From contig JAYWIR010000008.1 in the NCBI GenBank assembly GCA_036172245.1, positions 2,294,001 to 2,358,000 of the forward strand: a DNA stretch of 64,000 bases, given 5' to 3'. Origin of the DNA: Raillietiella orientalis (Eukaryota). The translations under genes and the position numbers were made by a program. Positions 1-11,639 of this stretch are shown piece by piece (positions within the stretch are counted from its first letter, which is position 1; each line of letters opens with the position of its first letter). A model generated the notes under the pieces. The model ran no database searches and was not told the origin of the DNA. It saw only the letters and a list, made by a program, of their open reading frames with translations.

Positions 1-384
1 TTATAATAAGCGCCCCGGAAAATCCGGATGATAAGCCTACCTCAAGAGCTTATCAGTGAGATAGCTAGCATATACAGTCTCTTCTAGAAAGAAAGGAACG
101 AATAATACCAAGGACCCCTATCCCTATCCCTACCCACTCGCCTTTTTTCATTCATTCATTGTCTCCCCTCCCTCCGTTCCGAACTTCCCTAAAACCCGGC
201 CTGCGTGCCAGCGGTCATTCCCAATGAACTTCTAGATTTTTTTTTTTGGAGGGAAGGAGGTGGGGAAAAGACAGCTCTTGTAGCCAGAGGATGCCACCCC
301 CTCGGACTTATGGCTTAGTTTTTTAAGTAAAGGTCCCGGCATCACCGGAGGGGTTTAGCCATTGAATGTACTTTATAATTTTTT

Positions 385-756
385 CATCTCTGGAATCCCC
401 TACAGATGCGTCATGTGCTGAAAAGCTCTGTTATAAGACTTTTTGGAACAAGAGAACCACATCACCAAATCTTTAGTTGGTTTTGTCTTTGATTCGATGT
501 GTACTCTAAATCATGTGCATAGTCATCCCGACAGCACCTGTGCTTGATGTATTCTTTCTGTATCAGAAAGAGTAACCGAGTGTCCCGTCGAGGGTACGGA
601 CGATTCTATTTTGAGAAAGAGTCTCTATAAAAAGGAAAACATGCCGGCCGAATGGCATGACCTATCCTTTTATGCAGAAGGGTGTACGCCCAAAGAACGT
701 GAGGATGGATGCGGACTCCTGCCTGGAAGAGCGACCCCGCCGCAATCTGACTAGAT
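385..756 (-). pseudogene. Probable C-terminal continuation of the nucleoprotein EVE (exonuclease-like region), separated from the rest by a retroelement insertion
   Basis: Minus frame reads RLRRGRSSRQESASILTFFGRTPF...MTMHMI*STHRIKDKTN*RFGDVVLLFQKV. It loosely resembles the end of arenavirus NP (DIRKLL..GR.DI; H..D). It joins in frame to the 1424+ segment if a degenerate target-site duplication (gcaatctgacta ~742-753 vs gcgatctgcta ~1425-1435) is collapsed. Confidence 0.35.
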
Positions 757-1423
757 TTTCACCCGGACATGCCGAGTATTTATTATAAAAAATAATAAAT
801 TTACATTCTAGGTAGAACACTTGGTTCTACCACGCACAAAAAACAAATGAAACTCTTTCCCACTTACCACTAGAGATCCGATGGGGGGACATAGGGGATG
901 GGGAGAAACAGAACGAAAATAGAATCAACAAAGTTATAAAAAAGAGTCTGTTGGGGAGAGGGAGGCTGGGAAGGAATCAGTGTCCCGAGACGTCCCGTTC
1001 ATCCTCTAAAGGATGCTTGCAAGTTGGCGTTTGTCTTTTCCCAGATGGGGCCATCTCGCGGCGATCCTCAGAAAGAGTTCCTACCAATAAATGATTCCTC
1101 TGCTGTGTTGGCCTCTTTTCGTGGCGTTCCATGCTGCCACTATGCCTCGTGTGCAGAATACGGTTGCTACGCACGCGAATCGTTGCCGTGCTTGACTCAC
1201 GAAGAGGCCCTTGGCAACGTCTCTCGAATTGCTCCCGGAGATCCAGAGGACCATCGCAAAACGTCCCCAGAGTGACCGGAGGGCCAACAGTCAGGGAGCA
1301 GGTGCGGGAGGGTCTCCCGTTCCGCGCACCTGTCGCACCCCGCACACACACACACTCCCCAAGGTCCAGTGGTGGAGGCGCGCTTTAGAGAGAAGATAAG
1401 CAAAATGCGGTTTGCTTCCCATT
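757..1423 (-). mobile_element. 5'-truncated L1/Tx1-type non-LTR retrotransposon fragment
   Basis: zf-RVT-like CDRCAERETLPHLLPDC in ORF 1197-1403. The family 3' end AATAAATA...CCGGGTGAAAA is at ~757-800 on the - strand. Confidence 0.65.
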
Positions 1424-3060
1424 TGCGATCTGCTACTGACAGTTAGAAAAAAGACCACCTGTCTAATGATTTCTCCAGGAAGTCTCCCCTTAAGAAGAAC
1501 GAGTCATTTGTGGATGCTCGGAAAAACAGCAAATTGCATACATGATTCTTGAGCCTCTTCGTGACATTTGAGAGGTTAACTGAACCTTGCACTCTTCATA
1601 TTATCTGGGTCTTTGTCCCTTCTGTTCTTGGTGAGGAGCAGCAGAAGAAAAAAAGCGTGCAAATTCTTAACACCAAATTCGATTATTCCATCACTTGGAA
1701 AATGCAGTTCAGGCAAATAAAAGACATCGGATTGTTCCGCACCAAGACGTAGAGGACTCTTATATTCCAGTGCCTTCGGTAACTAAGCATTCCATTCCAT
1801 TGCTTTTTGAAGCAGCCTCTTCGAACTGGTTCTTGGCGCGTAAGTGGGAACTAATTTTTACGAGAGTGCAGGGCACCTTTTAACAAACTCTTCCACACAC
1901 TCTTCTGCATTCCTTTTTTTTTTCTCGAAGCCTATCTTTCTCTCAGTCAGACTGAGGACTCATCGTACCAATCAATTTGAACAAAGGTTCGTCCCCTCTC
2001 CACCCTTCAGAATATGGGATGAGAAACAGACCTGCACCTATGAAACCAGGTGTCTCAACACTTCTTTGCGCGTCGCTTCTCGAACCGCAGAAGCCACTTA
2101 TGTTTTATGACTCGTGCCCTCATGATCATTAGCCAATGCGTTCCAAAGTCTATTCTTGTTCTTTCTGAACCAATCTGCATTTTCAGAGATGCCCTCGACG
2201 ACACTCTGTTGCCATTTCTTGGCTCAGTCTGCTTTTTCCGACCATTACACACATCCTCTCCGCAGTCTCCCTGTACACGTCTGTGCATACAACAGGTCGA
2301 ACGAAACAGCGGTTCACTGTGAGATCCTGGTAGCTGCTGTTGCTATCCGCTGTCCAGCACGTTAGCACTGTTGAAACCCGGCGGATTTCTCTAAGAGGCT
2401 GTCACGAGTCCATTTTCCAATATCGACAGGGTGCCTCTCGGCGGTCCTTTGGATCAGTCCGTCCACCTGGACAACAGCAACTCTTATGTTCACAGTTCCT
2501 CAAGCACTGGTTTCGGCTGTCCCATCGTTGCATTCGGAAATGCAAGGAATGCGTCGGCTCCTTCGGGAAACTGGTCGCCTAAAACGCCGCTGGACTCTTG
2601 ATTGCTATTCAGACCACTGCTACAGTCGGCAAAACTGAGCTCGGCTCAGCTATAAATCCCGCGGGACAAGATCTTCGAACGCCGGAGTTGGTAGCTAGGA
2701 AACAATGACCTTGGTTTAATCTGTGTAGCCTTACAGCAATCTTTTCTCCACATTTGGAAAGTCGATTCATAGAACTAAGTAAATTCACCTTTATTGGCCC
2801 GGAGCACAAAGGGCAGATTTGCTGCTAATTGCACGGCATACCTTCGTTCACATGGAAAGATGCGCTCGTCTGGTAGTCAAAACATAGGTTAGGTCAAGTC
2901 GAAGTTCGAGAGTTTGTCCAGACCCGTGTCTCAGAAGGAAAGTAAGGAATTTCTCCATTCTTTTGAATTGGATGTTTATGACACCGGTGAGTTTGGATTC
3001 GTGGTTTTCGTTTGACTGCTGGTTCTCTCCTGAGCCCCTGGCAACGGAAGATGCTTGAAT
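1424..3060 (-). pseudogene. EVE: decayed nairovirus-like nucleoprotein with an arenavirus-like C-terminal extension
   Basis: Across stops and frameshifts, motifs occur in the same order as orthonairovirus N: FQMWRKD (~2739-2760), FPEGADAFLAFPNATMG (~2520-2570), SLLEKSAGFQQ, ATRIS..SFDLLYA (~2281-2340), MVGKSRLS/KKW, RLWNALAND, VQVCF, SSKRLLQKAM (~1800-1827). One frame is held from 2220 to ~1424. No introns seen. Confidence 0.55.
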
Positions 3061-3148
3061 TCCAGTTTCCGGTTTGTTCCTTCAGAAAGAACTGCGCATC
3101 GCACTTGGATCTTTGTGCAAGAAGGTTCGCTTATCGTAAAGTCTGAAT

Positions 3149-3262
3149 TATGAGTAATTACAAAGTTCAAAACTAGCAATAATCACGTCTCCGTTTCCGT
3201 CCTAGACCGATATTGCCCTTGCGCAAAGCTATGAGTAATTATAAACTATGAGTGACTACAAA
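3149..3262. repeat. Three copies of a 16-nt motif TATGAGT(A/G)A(T/C)TA(C/T)AAA at the junction between the two EVEs
   Basis: Copies at 3149-3164, 3230-3245 and 3247-3262. Confidence 0.75.
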
Positions 3263-6200
3263 CAATAAACGGGTCATACTGATTCGTTCATGCTCTAATT
3301 CCTTCAAACAGCGTCTATGCTACCCATCAAACTGGTAGTTTGCAAACATATTTTGGTAGCCATGGGAGATCTCCGGTGTAAAGAGACTTATGAGTAGAAA
3401 CACCTGCATCTCTTATGCCATTAGTCCTCGTGCCATCATCATTTATCCAAAAAAGCGAACCACAGGTGGCGAAAAATTTCAAATTGTATTCTTAAAGAGT
3501 AATTCGCACAACTCGTAATTTCCCTCTTCGAAAGTTCCGGAGTCTCCTTTTTGGTTGCGTTTTAAATTTATTAATTTAATGTAATCTGATTTCTTTCCAT
3601 TGCATTTTCATTCTTATCTTATGAAGAGTTGCTAAAATCTTTTTCGTCAACTCAATTGCTATTAAGCATTGTTTTCTAAACTACATTTATGGAGCTGCCT
3701 TTTTAAAGTTCACTTCATGCCGACGTTAATTCAACCCTCATAATTATTCCATTCACTCGGGTCCCAAACTCCTAGAGGACTTCCTCATTGACTACAGCAT
3801 AAGCAAGCATCTCCTTTTCTGATCACATCCGAAAATAACATCCAAGTCATTCGATCTAGGTCAGGAAGTGATTCAGCGAGTTGTTCATTTTGCTGCTTAT
3901 GATAAAGAAATATGCCAACTGATTGGAGTTTTTCATCTCATGGTTACGATCGACTCCATAAAGTAGCACTGCTCCTCTAGATATGAGCAGTTAGCGCAGG
4001 GTCTCCCAGGTACACTGTCTCAGGTCATCAGGAAGACGGCCAGCATTCAACAGCTGTAAGCAATACGTGTTCTGCATGCTGACCTCAAAGAAGCAAAAGT
4101 AACTCCCTATTCAACAGCAACATTGGTTTGATTTATTACGAGCTTGATAAATAGTGGGAACTCGCATTCTAGCCCGACACCACACAACGCACTCCTTTCT
4201 GCAATCCATTTTCCTACTCATTCCTTAGTTGCTCTTGTTTGTGAGCAAGTACAAGAACAACTGAGCAAGCACTGGAAGGACGAGTTCCTTTATTCAGTCG
4301 GGACAGAAAATTTTCGATTTAGCAGCACTGCAGCCGGCACGGGCCAAGCATCTGACTGCCAGACGTTGACCGAACAGAGCTGCCGTGTCTTGGGGGTGAC
4401 CAGAATTAGGTGGATTTGACCACGCAGATTTCGAGCGTACCTGCGCTGCTCCACGCTGCCACAACTCCAAGGCCTGCTCTTTTGCTTTTCGCACTCGTCC
4501 GGATGAAGCCAGGTGGAAGATGCAGTCACCTCTCTTCATTTGTGCTCACTAAACACGAAGATTGGACCTCTTTAGTTAAGGGTCAAGAAGGAAAGTAGGG
4601 AAAGGATAGTCCGGACTGCGTCCACGAGGCTTGAAGGAACTGTAGCAGCTTATTCAGAGTCTGTGCTCGTTTTGTTGTGTGCCAATGGAAGGCATCATGG
4701 GTTCACTAAGAGAAACGCTGAATGTTGAGGCTGAGGAGAGGAAAATGACTCCTCAAAGTGGACAAAACTGGAAGCAATTCAGTTGTCCAGCACACTGAAA
4801 CATGGAGATGTTCAGCCAGAAATGGGGACGACAGTCTACAAAGAGTGAGACATTCAAACGCCTACTCTGGAGACACAAGAAGGAAGTCAACACTTCCATG
4901 GAAAAGGAAGACAGATACACGGAGAAAATCACAGGAACCATAAAGCTGCTTCGGTCGTGTCTCTGCCAGAGATTCCGATTTCCAACGTACGAAAAAGGGA
5001 GACACGAGGGAACGTGCGAAGGAAAGCGTATTGAGCAAAAGCAGATTGTCGAGATTTTGTCGAGACCTCTTGCAAAGTACCGAGAAGCTGTTTGAATCCA
5101 GTGTGTTTGAATCTCGGCTCAGCAGTGGCACAAGCGGAGGCAGACGTTATTTTATCAGTCCGTGCACTGTCTCAGACTGGCAGAGAGACGAAGAACGTCC
5201 TCATTGGAAAAACTGGAGCTCCAAAGTTCCGAAAGGGCTTTGGCAATCGGTGAAAGAGCATTCCGCTCCGACGACCCGCATCAATCTCATAACCTTCGAC
5301 ACAGGTATCTTTTTGCCAGGCATCGAAATAAATGTAATCTGCAGTCCTTTTTTCTTTTCTTTTCTCTGGAGCAGAATGCCACTACACAAGACACTCACTT
5401 GTAGTGACAATGTCAACCTGACGGGTTTGTGTGCAAGAGCTTGATGCTCAGATTGTGGCAGGGCAAGTGCAGTGGTTTTCCAAAGTAGCATTGCGTCAAC
5501 TCTGTCAAAATATACTCGCCGGTCGATTCCTATTAGGAGTTATTTGCAAGAGTTATTTGCCTTTATATTTGCAGTGTCTGCGAACACTTCCTGTAGTGAA
5601 TCGGCCTGAACCATGGTGAACTGTACATTTAGTCCTGTCGCAAAAGAAAAAGAAAACCGCTGTGATAGTAACCTCCAAATAAATAATCGCTCACTTGTGA
5701 TGCTTCTTTGAAGGTATCACAAGCAAACTGATAGCTTGGTGAGCCGTTTGGGATCAGTTCGACCTTAATCCAATGAAGGAACGGGATGCAGCGCAAGTGC
5801 TGATCTCATTAATTTGTGAGCTCTCCTACTGGTAGCAGGCGGATTCCATGGAGGCAGTCCACTTTTTGCCCTTGTTGATAACGGCTAAGGTCTCTCCCTA
5901 AGGGAGACTGAAATTATAACGATAGGGAAATTGGAAAACCATCCAAGTCTCAAACCTCTTGAGTAGAATAGCAAAGGAGTGGAGGCATGGTGAACCGTCC
6001 AAGAACTGTCTCAATTGATGCACTTTGCTGAGAAGCTCACACCTTTCCTATTGATAGTTGCTATCAACTATTAACATCGAACGAGAAGTATAGGAAGTTC
6101 CCTAGACAATTCTGGAAGAGGTTGCACATAAGCACACGCAAGTGGCATCCTCGAATACTGACTTGGGAAGCCCGACATGGAGTTCCTCTAGTTCTGATTA

Positions 6201-6630
6201 TCCTGAATTTAGTGTATCCATCTGAAAATACAACAGAAGCGTTCAGACACTCGAGAGGAAGGAGGCAAATATCGAGAAATAATCCTCCTTTCCGTCGTTG
6301 GGAGGCCTCTGGGAGAGCATTTGTGATAGGCTCCCTAAGGTCGTGGGATACTGAGAACGACCGAGTGATAGGTGAACTAGAGATCTGCTCTTCGTATGCA
6401 GAAAAGATGAGAAGAATGGCGATGTGTTCCAACACACGCCATGGCCAGAATGCCTACTGGACTCACTGGCTCATTAACTAGAAATAGTGAGTACAAAGGG
6501 TCAACAAACATCATAGGAGACAGTTTTGCGGCTATCCGTGTCTGGATAAGAATGATGCAGTTCACATTCCTTGAATAAATCACTGAGTAACGGACGTATA
6601 AATCGGTGTAGTGGCTGAAGATCCTGCAGT
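3180..6630 (-). pseudogene. EVE: decayed C-terminal half of a Mononegavirales/Jingchuvirales-type L polymerase (CR-IV, capping domain, methyltransferase)
   Basis: Ordered motifs: LHRFIRPLLSDL (~6575-6610), FVDPLYSL..EPVSP (~6460-6510), FTMPPL (~5977-5995), FIGLRS (GxxT-like, ~5760-5778), TGSVRRH (HR-like, ~5574-5595), RCLARAGCSAAKSK (~4311-4352), PDDLRQCTWETL (~3997-4032), LLYGVD, GCYFRM, LTSA*SEL* (~3703-3730). Spacing agrees with VSV L. The GDNQ core is absent. Extent below ~3650 is uncertain. Confidence 0.7.
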
Positions 6631-7497
6631 CCATGTCATTAAATGGTTTCTAATTTTATTTGTCAAGTCCCTGAAGAACATTTCACTAAAGTAATGAGTC
6701 TTTCTAAAGGACCAGCAATCATGAAGACAAAAATGTACTCAGATTTCCCTAAAAGAATATTTTAAAAATCGGTATTCATATCTTCACTTAAATTGTCAAA
6801 ATAACAAAATTGTCACACTCATTCCTCAGCTTCCTTAAAATTCAACGAGCATATCTTGCAGAATATGAACCTTTATTATTGTTTATCCCAACATTTTGCT
6901 TAAACGCCCAGGGTTGAGTTAAAAAACGTAGCTGTGCTCACTCGATTCAATCTGATGCCTTTCGATTTTGATTTGCGTTTATGTATAGAGATTTAAAGTT
7001 ATTTTTTTCGTTTGAAAGGAAAGATTAACTTTGAATCTTGGATTCATTTCGGATCTTAAATTCAATTTCAAAATATACATTAAGATCAGTTGCAAGTGTC
7101 TTCCAAACAGAAAGCACATAGTTGGCTCAAGTTACGATATTCTAATTCTAAATGTTCTAGCCATTTCTCCTGAATGCTCAAAAGTCAAAGATTTCCTCAA
7201 TCTTAGATTCCAATACTCTTAAAATATTTAAAATTTGATGAGGAAAGATCCTCAGTAAAACTTTGCATTTGTTACTAATTTAAACATTAAATTATACTTT
7301 GTGGTGTTTTTAAATACATTCGATCAAAGCAGTTACTTTCATACGACAGTTATTTAATCAAACAGGTGTCAAGGAAAATTACCGATTTAACAAATCAATG
7401 CATACAGTTTTTCCTGCTTTCTAAAACTGCCATGCAATCCAAAATTATCATTTATTGTAATGTTGCTTTATAATGAAAATTTAAAAGCATGAGTTTT

Positions 7498-7535
7498 CAG
7501 GAAGTCATGTGTGATTTCCTGCCGCTGTGATGTCA
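7498..7535 (+). promoter_or_regulatory. Candidate cytochrome c promoter elements: inverted GGAA (ETS-type) pair and a CRE-like TGATGTCA
   Basis: CAGGAAGTCA-tgtg-TGATTTCCTG is a near-palindrome, followed by TGATGTCA, about 200 nt upstream of the ATG. Confidence 0.25.
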
Positions 7536-7721
7536 TTCCCGCTGGGTTGGAGTGTTGCATGCATTTTGAAAAGAGGGTGCTATCACCGTTATTTGGAACC
7601 TGTAGCAAAGTTATAAGGAATGGGTGCATACCATTTATCCTAACGTTTATAAAACATTACAGTCAAAACAACTCGGTTGCAGTATTTCCCCGTGAGAAAG
7701 TCAAATTAATTTTTGTTCAGC

Positions 7722-8497
7722 ATGGTTATACCAGAAGGTGATCCTGAAAAGGGAAAGAAGGTATCATAAGCAATATCATAGTAAATTCAGCTACTTGATT
7801 AATGTGTGTCAATTTTTTTTTTTTTTTTTTTTAAAGTGTATTTAGCGTGCTAGGTAATAAATGGAGTTGATGAGTAACGAATGCAATTTTTTGGTAACGG
7901 TGTTTGTCATATGCATAAATACCTAGTTATAGCTATAATGATGTGCTTTACAAGTACCTTCATAGCAGCCAAAAGATTCATTGCAAAAAATGGTTTTAGG
8001 TGTTTGTGCAGAAATGTACTCAGTGTCATACCATTGAAGCCGGTGGGAAGCATAAGCAAGGCCCTAACCTTCATGGCATTGTTGGTCGAAAAACAGGGCA
8101 ATCACCAGGATATAATTATACGGATGCCAACAAAAACAAAGGTTGTATTTTGCAACAAAACTTAAATAAAACGAAAAGTTTTGAATGTAGAATTTCTCAT
8201 TGTCTGATCATAGTAAGCTCATATTTGTATTTAGTGGTTTCTTGCTAATAGTTTGGATGCTCTTGAAACTGCTTTTCTGTGTAGACATATTTTATCCATT
8301 GTGTTCATATGGTGTATTTTATTGATATGAATGTAAAGTCATATTTTTTAGGTATAACATGGACAAAGGAGACACTATTTGAATATTTAGAAAACCCCAA
8401 AAAATATATTCCTGGTACAAAAATGATTTTTGTTGGTATTAAAAAGGAGAAGGAACGAGCAGATTTAATTGCCTATTTGGAGCAAGAATCAAAGTAG
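7722..8497 (+). CDS. CYCS: Cytochrome c, 108 aa; join(7722..7760,8000..8141,8352..8497)
   Basis: Spliced product [39 protein letters not shown]...KNKGITW...[15 protein letters not shown]...QESK*. CxxCH haem motif and GTKM Met ligand present. GT-AG introns are phase-compatible. An acceptor directly before the ATG implies a 5'UTR intron. AATAAA at 8857-8862. Confidence 0.97.
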
Positions 8498-8959
8498 TCA
8501 AGCTGCCATTTTATTATAGTCCCAGAATAGTAGTGTTAGTATGACTAAGTGAATATAGCTTTAAAGTAAAATACAGTGGCTCATCTAGTTTGTGAAACTA
8601 ATGTTCCCGTTTATTGAATTATAAATGTGCTTTAAGTACATATAAAGTTTTTACAGAAAAGCCCTGGAAATGCATTTTCTGATACCAATCAATTTTTGCT
8701 GAACATTCATTTGTTTTCCCACTTGAGTTTCAAGAGTGCCAATGTTTGCTTTATTTTAGAAGATTATTTTTGTTTATAAAGTTGCTCTAATGTTTCCAAA
8801 TAGCATGGCAATATGAACAAACCAGAACATAATTGAGTGAAAGTCTTATTTGCCCAAATAAATATTTACCATTTAAAACTGCTTCAGTTGAAATTCAGAC
8901 TTTCATCTTTCATCTTATGTATTGAGAAAATTTTTCGCTAATAATTTTTCCATGTTGGT

Positions 8960-10380
8960 TATGGAATTTCATATTTCTACAATTGCATGAATTTCAGAGT
9001 AATTGAAGCTATAAAGGTAACTGAGGGTATCATATCTACACCATTCTAGGAGAAATATATCATTATTCCAAAATATTTCGCTACTATTAATTTTGTGATG
9101 CTTGTATTTTCGCCTATAAACTTGCAACACAGTTTTAGCTAGTAATAATGTGTTATTGGTTTGCCACCAAGTGTTAAGAAGTGACATCTTATGTTCATGA
9201 AGTCCAGGTTTTGGATGCGTGTGCTTGCAATTTTGTTTGTATCTGCTGTAAGCTTTTTTTGTGTGTGTGGTGATTATGTAGTATTCCCAAGTACCTCTTA
9301 AAAAATTGATTAATAATGATTTTATTGTTTTACAATACAAGCTTTGTGGAAAGTTTCAATATGTGCTTCAAAATTGTTGATTATGTATTAATATTTTGCT
9401 TCATATCTCTCCAATTTTGTTAATTGCGTTAATCTAAATATTCAGATCGGAAAAAGAAAGCAAAAGCAAGCCGAGGAATTTTGCAAATGAACTTTATCAA
9501 GTGGGAATATTAGAAGTCAGCAGTTGAAATTGATAACTAAAAAGAAAGTAAATTGTGATTCCAGGTGATTTTTTGTCTTAAAGGCTAAGCGCAAAAAATC
9601 TAGATTCGGATAGGTTTATTAAAGTGTAGAAATGTGGGAATTGAAAGCTGGGTGGGGTCTCAGCATTGACTATGAGTGTAGGTTCTTGAGACCAGGGTCG
9701 ATTTTACTAGTATTTGGATTTTCAAATATTAATTCATTGTTAATATGATTTTGAATAAAATTTAAAAATGAAAAGAAAATTATTGTAATGACTGAGTGAT
9801 CACATGGAAAAAGATTTTGCATTATTTTCAGAGGTGAGTTGGTGAGTTTCCATCCCATATCAGCCCATGCTGATATTGGATGGAAGGTTTTGTGTACTCT
9901 TTTAGTGATATAATTATTTGATACTTGTGTGTGTGTTTTCCAGCCAGCATCAATAAGTTTAATATTTAGTAATGCAGTTATTAAATTTGTTTTCTATTTG
10001 AATTGTAGTTTAGCATTTCAGTGATCCGAATTATAAAGATAATTGTAAGAAGCAGGCATGCAGTTATGATTATTGCCATTTTGTGGTAGAATCATGAAAG
10101 ACAATCTTCCATATTGTGATTTCATAACAATTTTTTTGTAACACTGACTATTAGTAATTTTTTTGTAATACTAGGAGTGCTGATAGACTATTCAGCATTC
10201 CTAGGTTTTTGAATTGTTGATGTATTGAAAGAATTTTGAGACCTTTCAAGCTTGAATTGAAAGAAGTAAACTGGATGTGGGAAAGCAGGATATTGTTTAA
10301 AAATTTCAACTTTTGTCAAGCCATTCACAAAAATACACCTACTTTGCTGTAGCATTAAGTGGCAATCGAACAACCACATT
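8960..10380 (-). mobile_element. AT-eroded L1/Tx1-type reverse transcriptase remnant
   Basis: Minus-strand pieces HPISAWADMGWKL, KRYLGIL (KYLG motif), MSLLNT..NTLLLAKT and KINSSEIFW occur in RT order. Confidence 0.45.
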
Positions 10381-11639
10381 TTGGACAACCAAACAGCACA
10401 CGAAAATCCCTTTGTTTGTTAGTTTACTTGTTGCTGATGAGGCAGCAGATGGATCAGGATGACTTTGTCATCGGTGCATGTTCTGACTGTTCGTTAGTTG
10501 CAAACTTCGTCCACGACTGAGAGGTGTGTCTGGCTACATCTGTTGGGCATCACGCCTGCAAACTTCGTGAATCCACACTGGACAGCCACATTCGTATTTC
10601 CTTCAATTTCAGTCCTAACGTCTAATCTGGAGCGTATCGTTGATACGTCTGTGCACGAACTCTATCTGGTAAAATCAACTTATTGATTTATCCATAAACT
10701 AGATTTGGTTGACTTTGGAGCCATACTTTCTCCGGAGAGCATTTATTTATTTATTTATTTATTTAAAAACTTTTAATTCGTTTTTCCTCATGATCGTATT
10801 CAGTTGAAATTGGGTTTCACCAAATTTGGCTCAGCAAATGTTCTTTGTGGGTCCAACGTCACCGTTGCACATGGAGTGAATTCAGGTTCTTATAGGATGT
10901 TTTGTGTGGAAGCAAGTGAAAAACACAATTGGCGTTTTCCTTTTCAAATTTTATGGCAGCAGCGATTGCTTGTGAGCGTTAACAGCACTTCTTTTCGGGA
11001 AGACCGGGGTCAGAATGAGGGGCTAGAAAGTTGACCCCTTCATCGGTCGTTTCGTTTCTCAAAGTGGCATCACATCGTAGGTTTTCTCGACCTTGACCCC
11101 TTCAGCACACGCAGTAGGAACACATTTGGAACGGGTAGCTTTGGGAAAACCCTTGGGTTTCGGAGAACATTCACGAATCTGAACTGCATCCATTTTTGCT
11201 AATCTTCGTTTCCAAGCGTGCCTTCTTATCCCCCATTAATTCGGTCTTCCTTCTTACCGTGGTCACGTTTCTGATGGGGAGAGTTGGTCTTCCATGGCAT
11301 TTGAATGCAAAGCCTTCCCACGGTCTTGCCCCCATTAACGATCGCACATTTTATTTTCCTCGAAGTCTCGAATGAGTTTGCCTGGTCACTTTCCCCCCCC
11401 CCCCTACTTGACTTTTGTCCTCGTTTTCGTCCACTTCTTTTGACAGTGCACATCTCCCCCATCCTGCATCCCGTCTCCCGTTCCCTCATCTGATTAATCA
11501 GCAAAGTCCCGAAACAAATGGTTGGCATAGTCTTGAAAACAAACATGTTCATAAGGGTTCATAAGGGCATACGTGTGCCTGTAAATAAATAAAATATACA
11601 TACATATGCATGCGTACTTACATACGCGTTATGTTACTG

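Noticed and set aside
3661..4420. Mostly open + strand frame over the L EVE, including ORF 4144-4419
   Set aside because: It is the antisense shadow of the minus frame that carries the methyltransferase motifs.
1424..6630. Ambisense viral segment interpretation of the two EVEs
   Set aside because: Both coding regions read on the same strand, and no intergenic hairpin between convergent ORFs is present.
8969..9340. 123-aa ORF in AT-rich DNA as a possible host gene
   Set aside because: Better explained as part of an eroded L1/Tx1 RT, since the KYLG-like and F.W motifs lie in this and adjacent frames.
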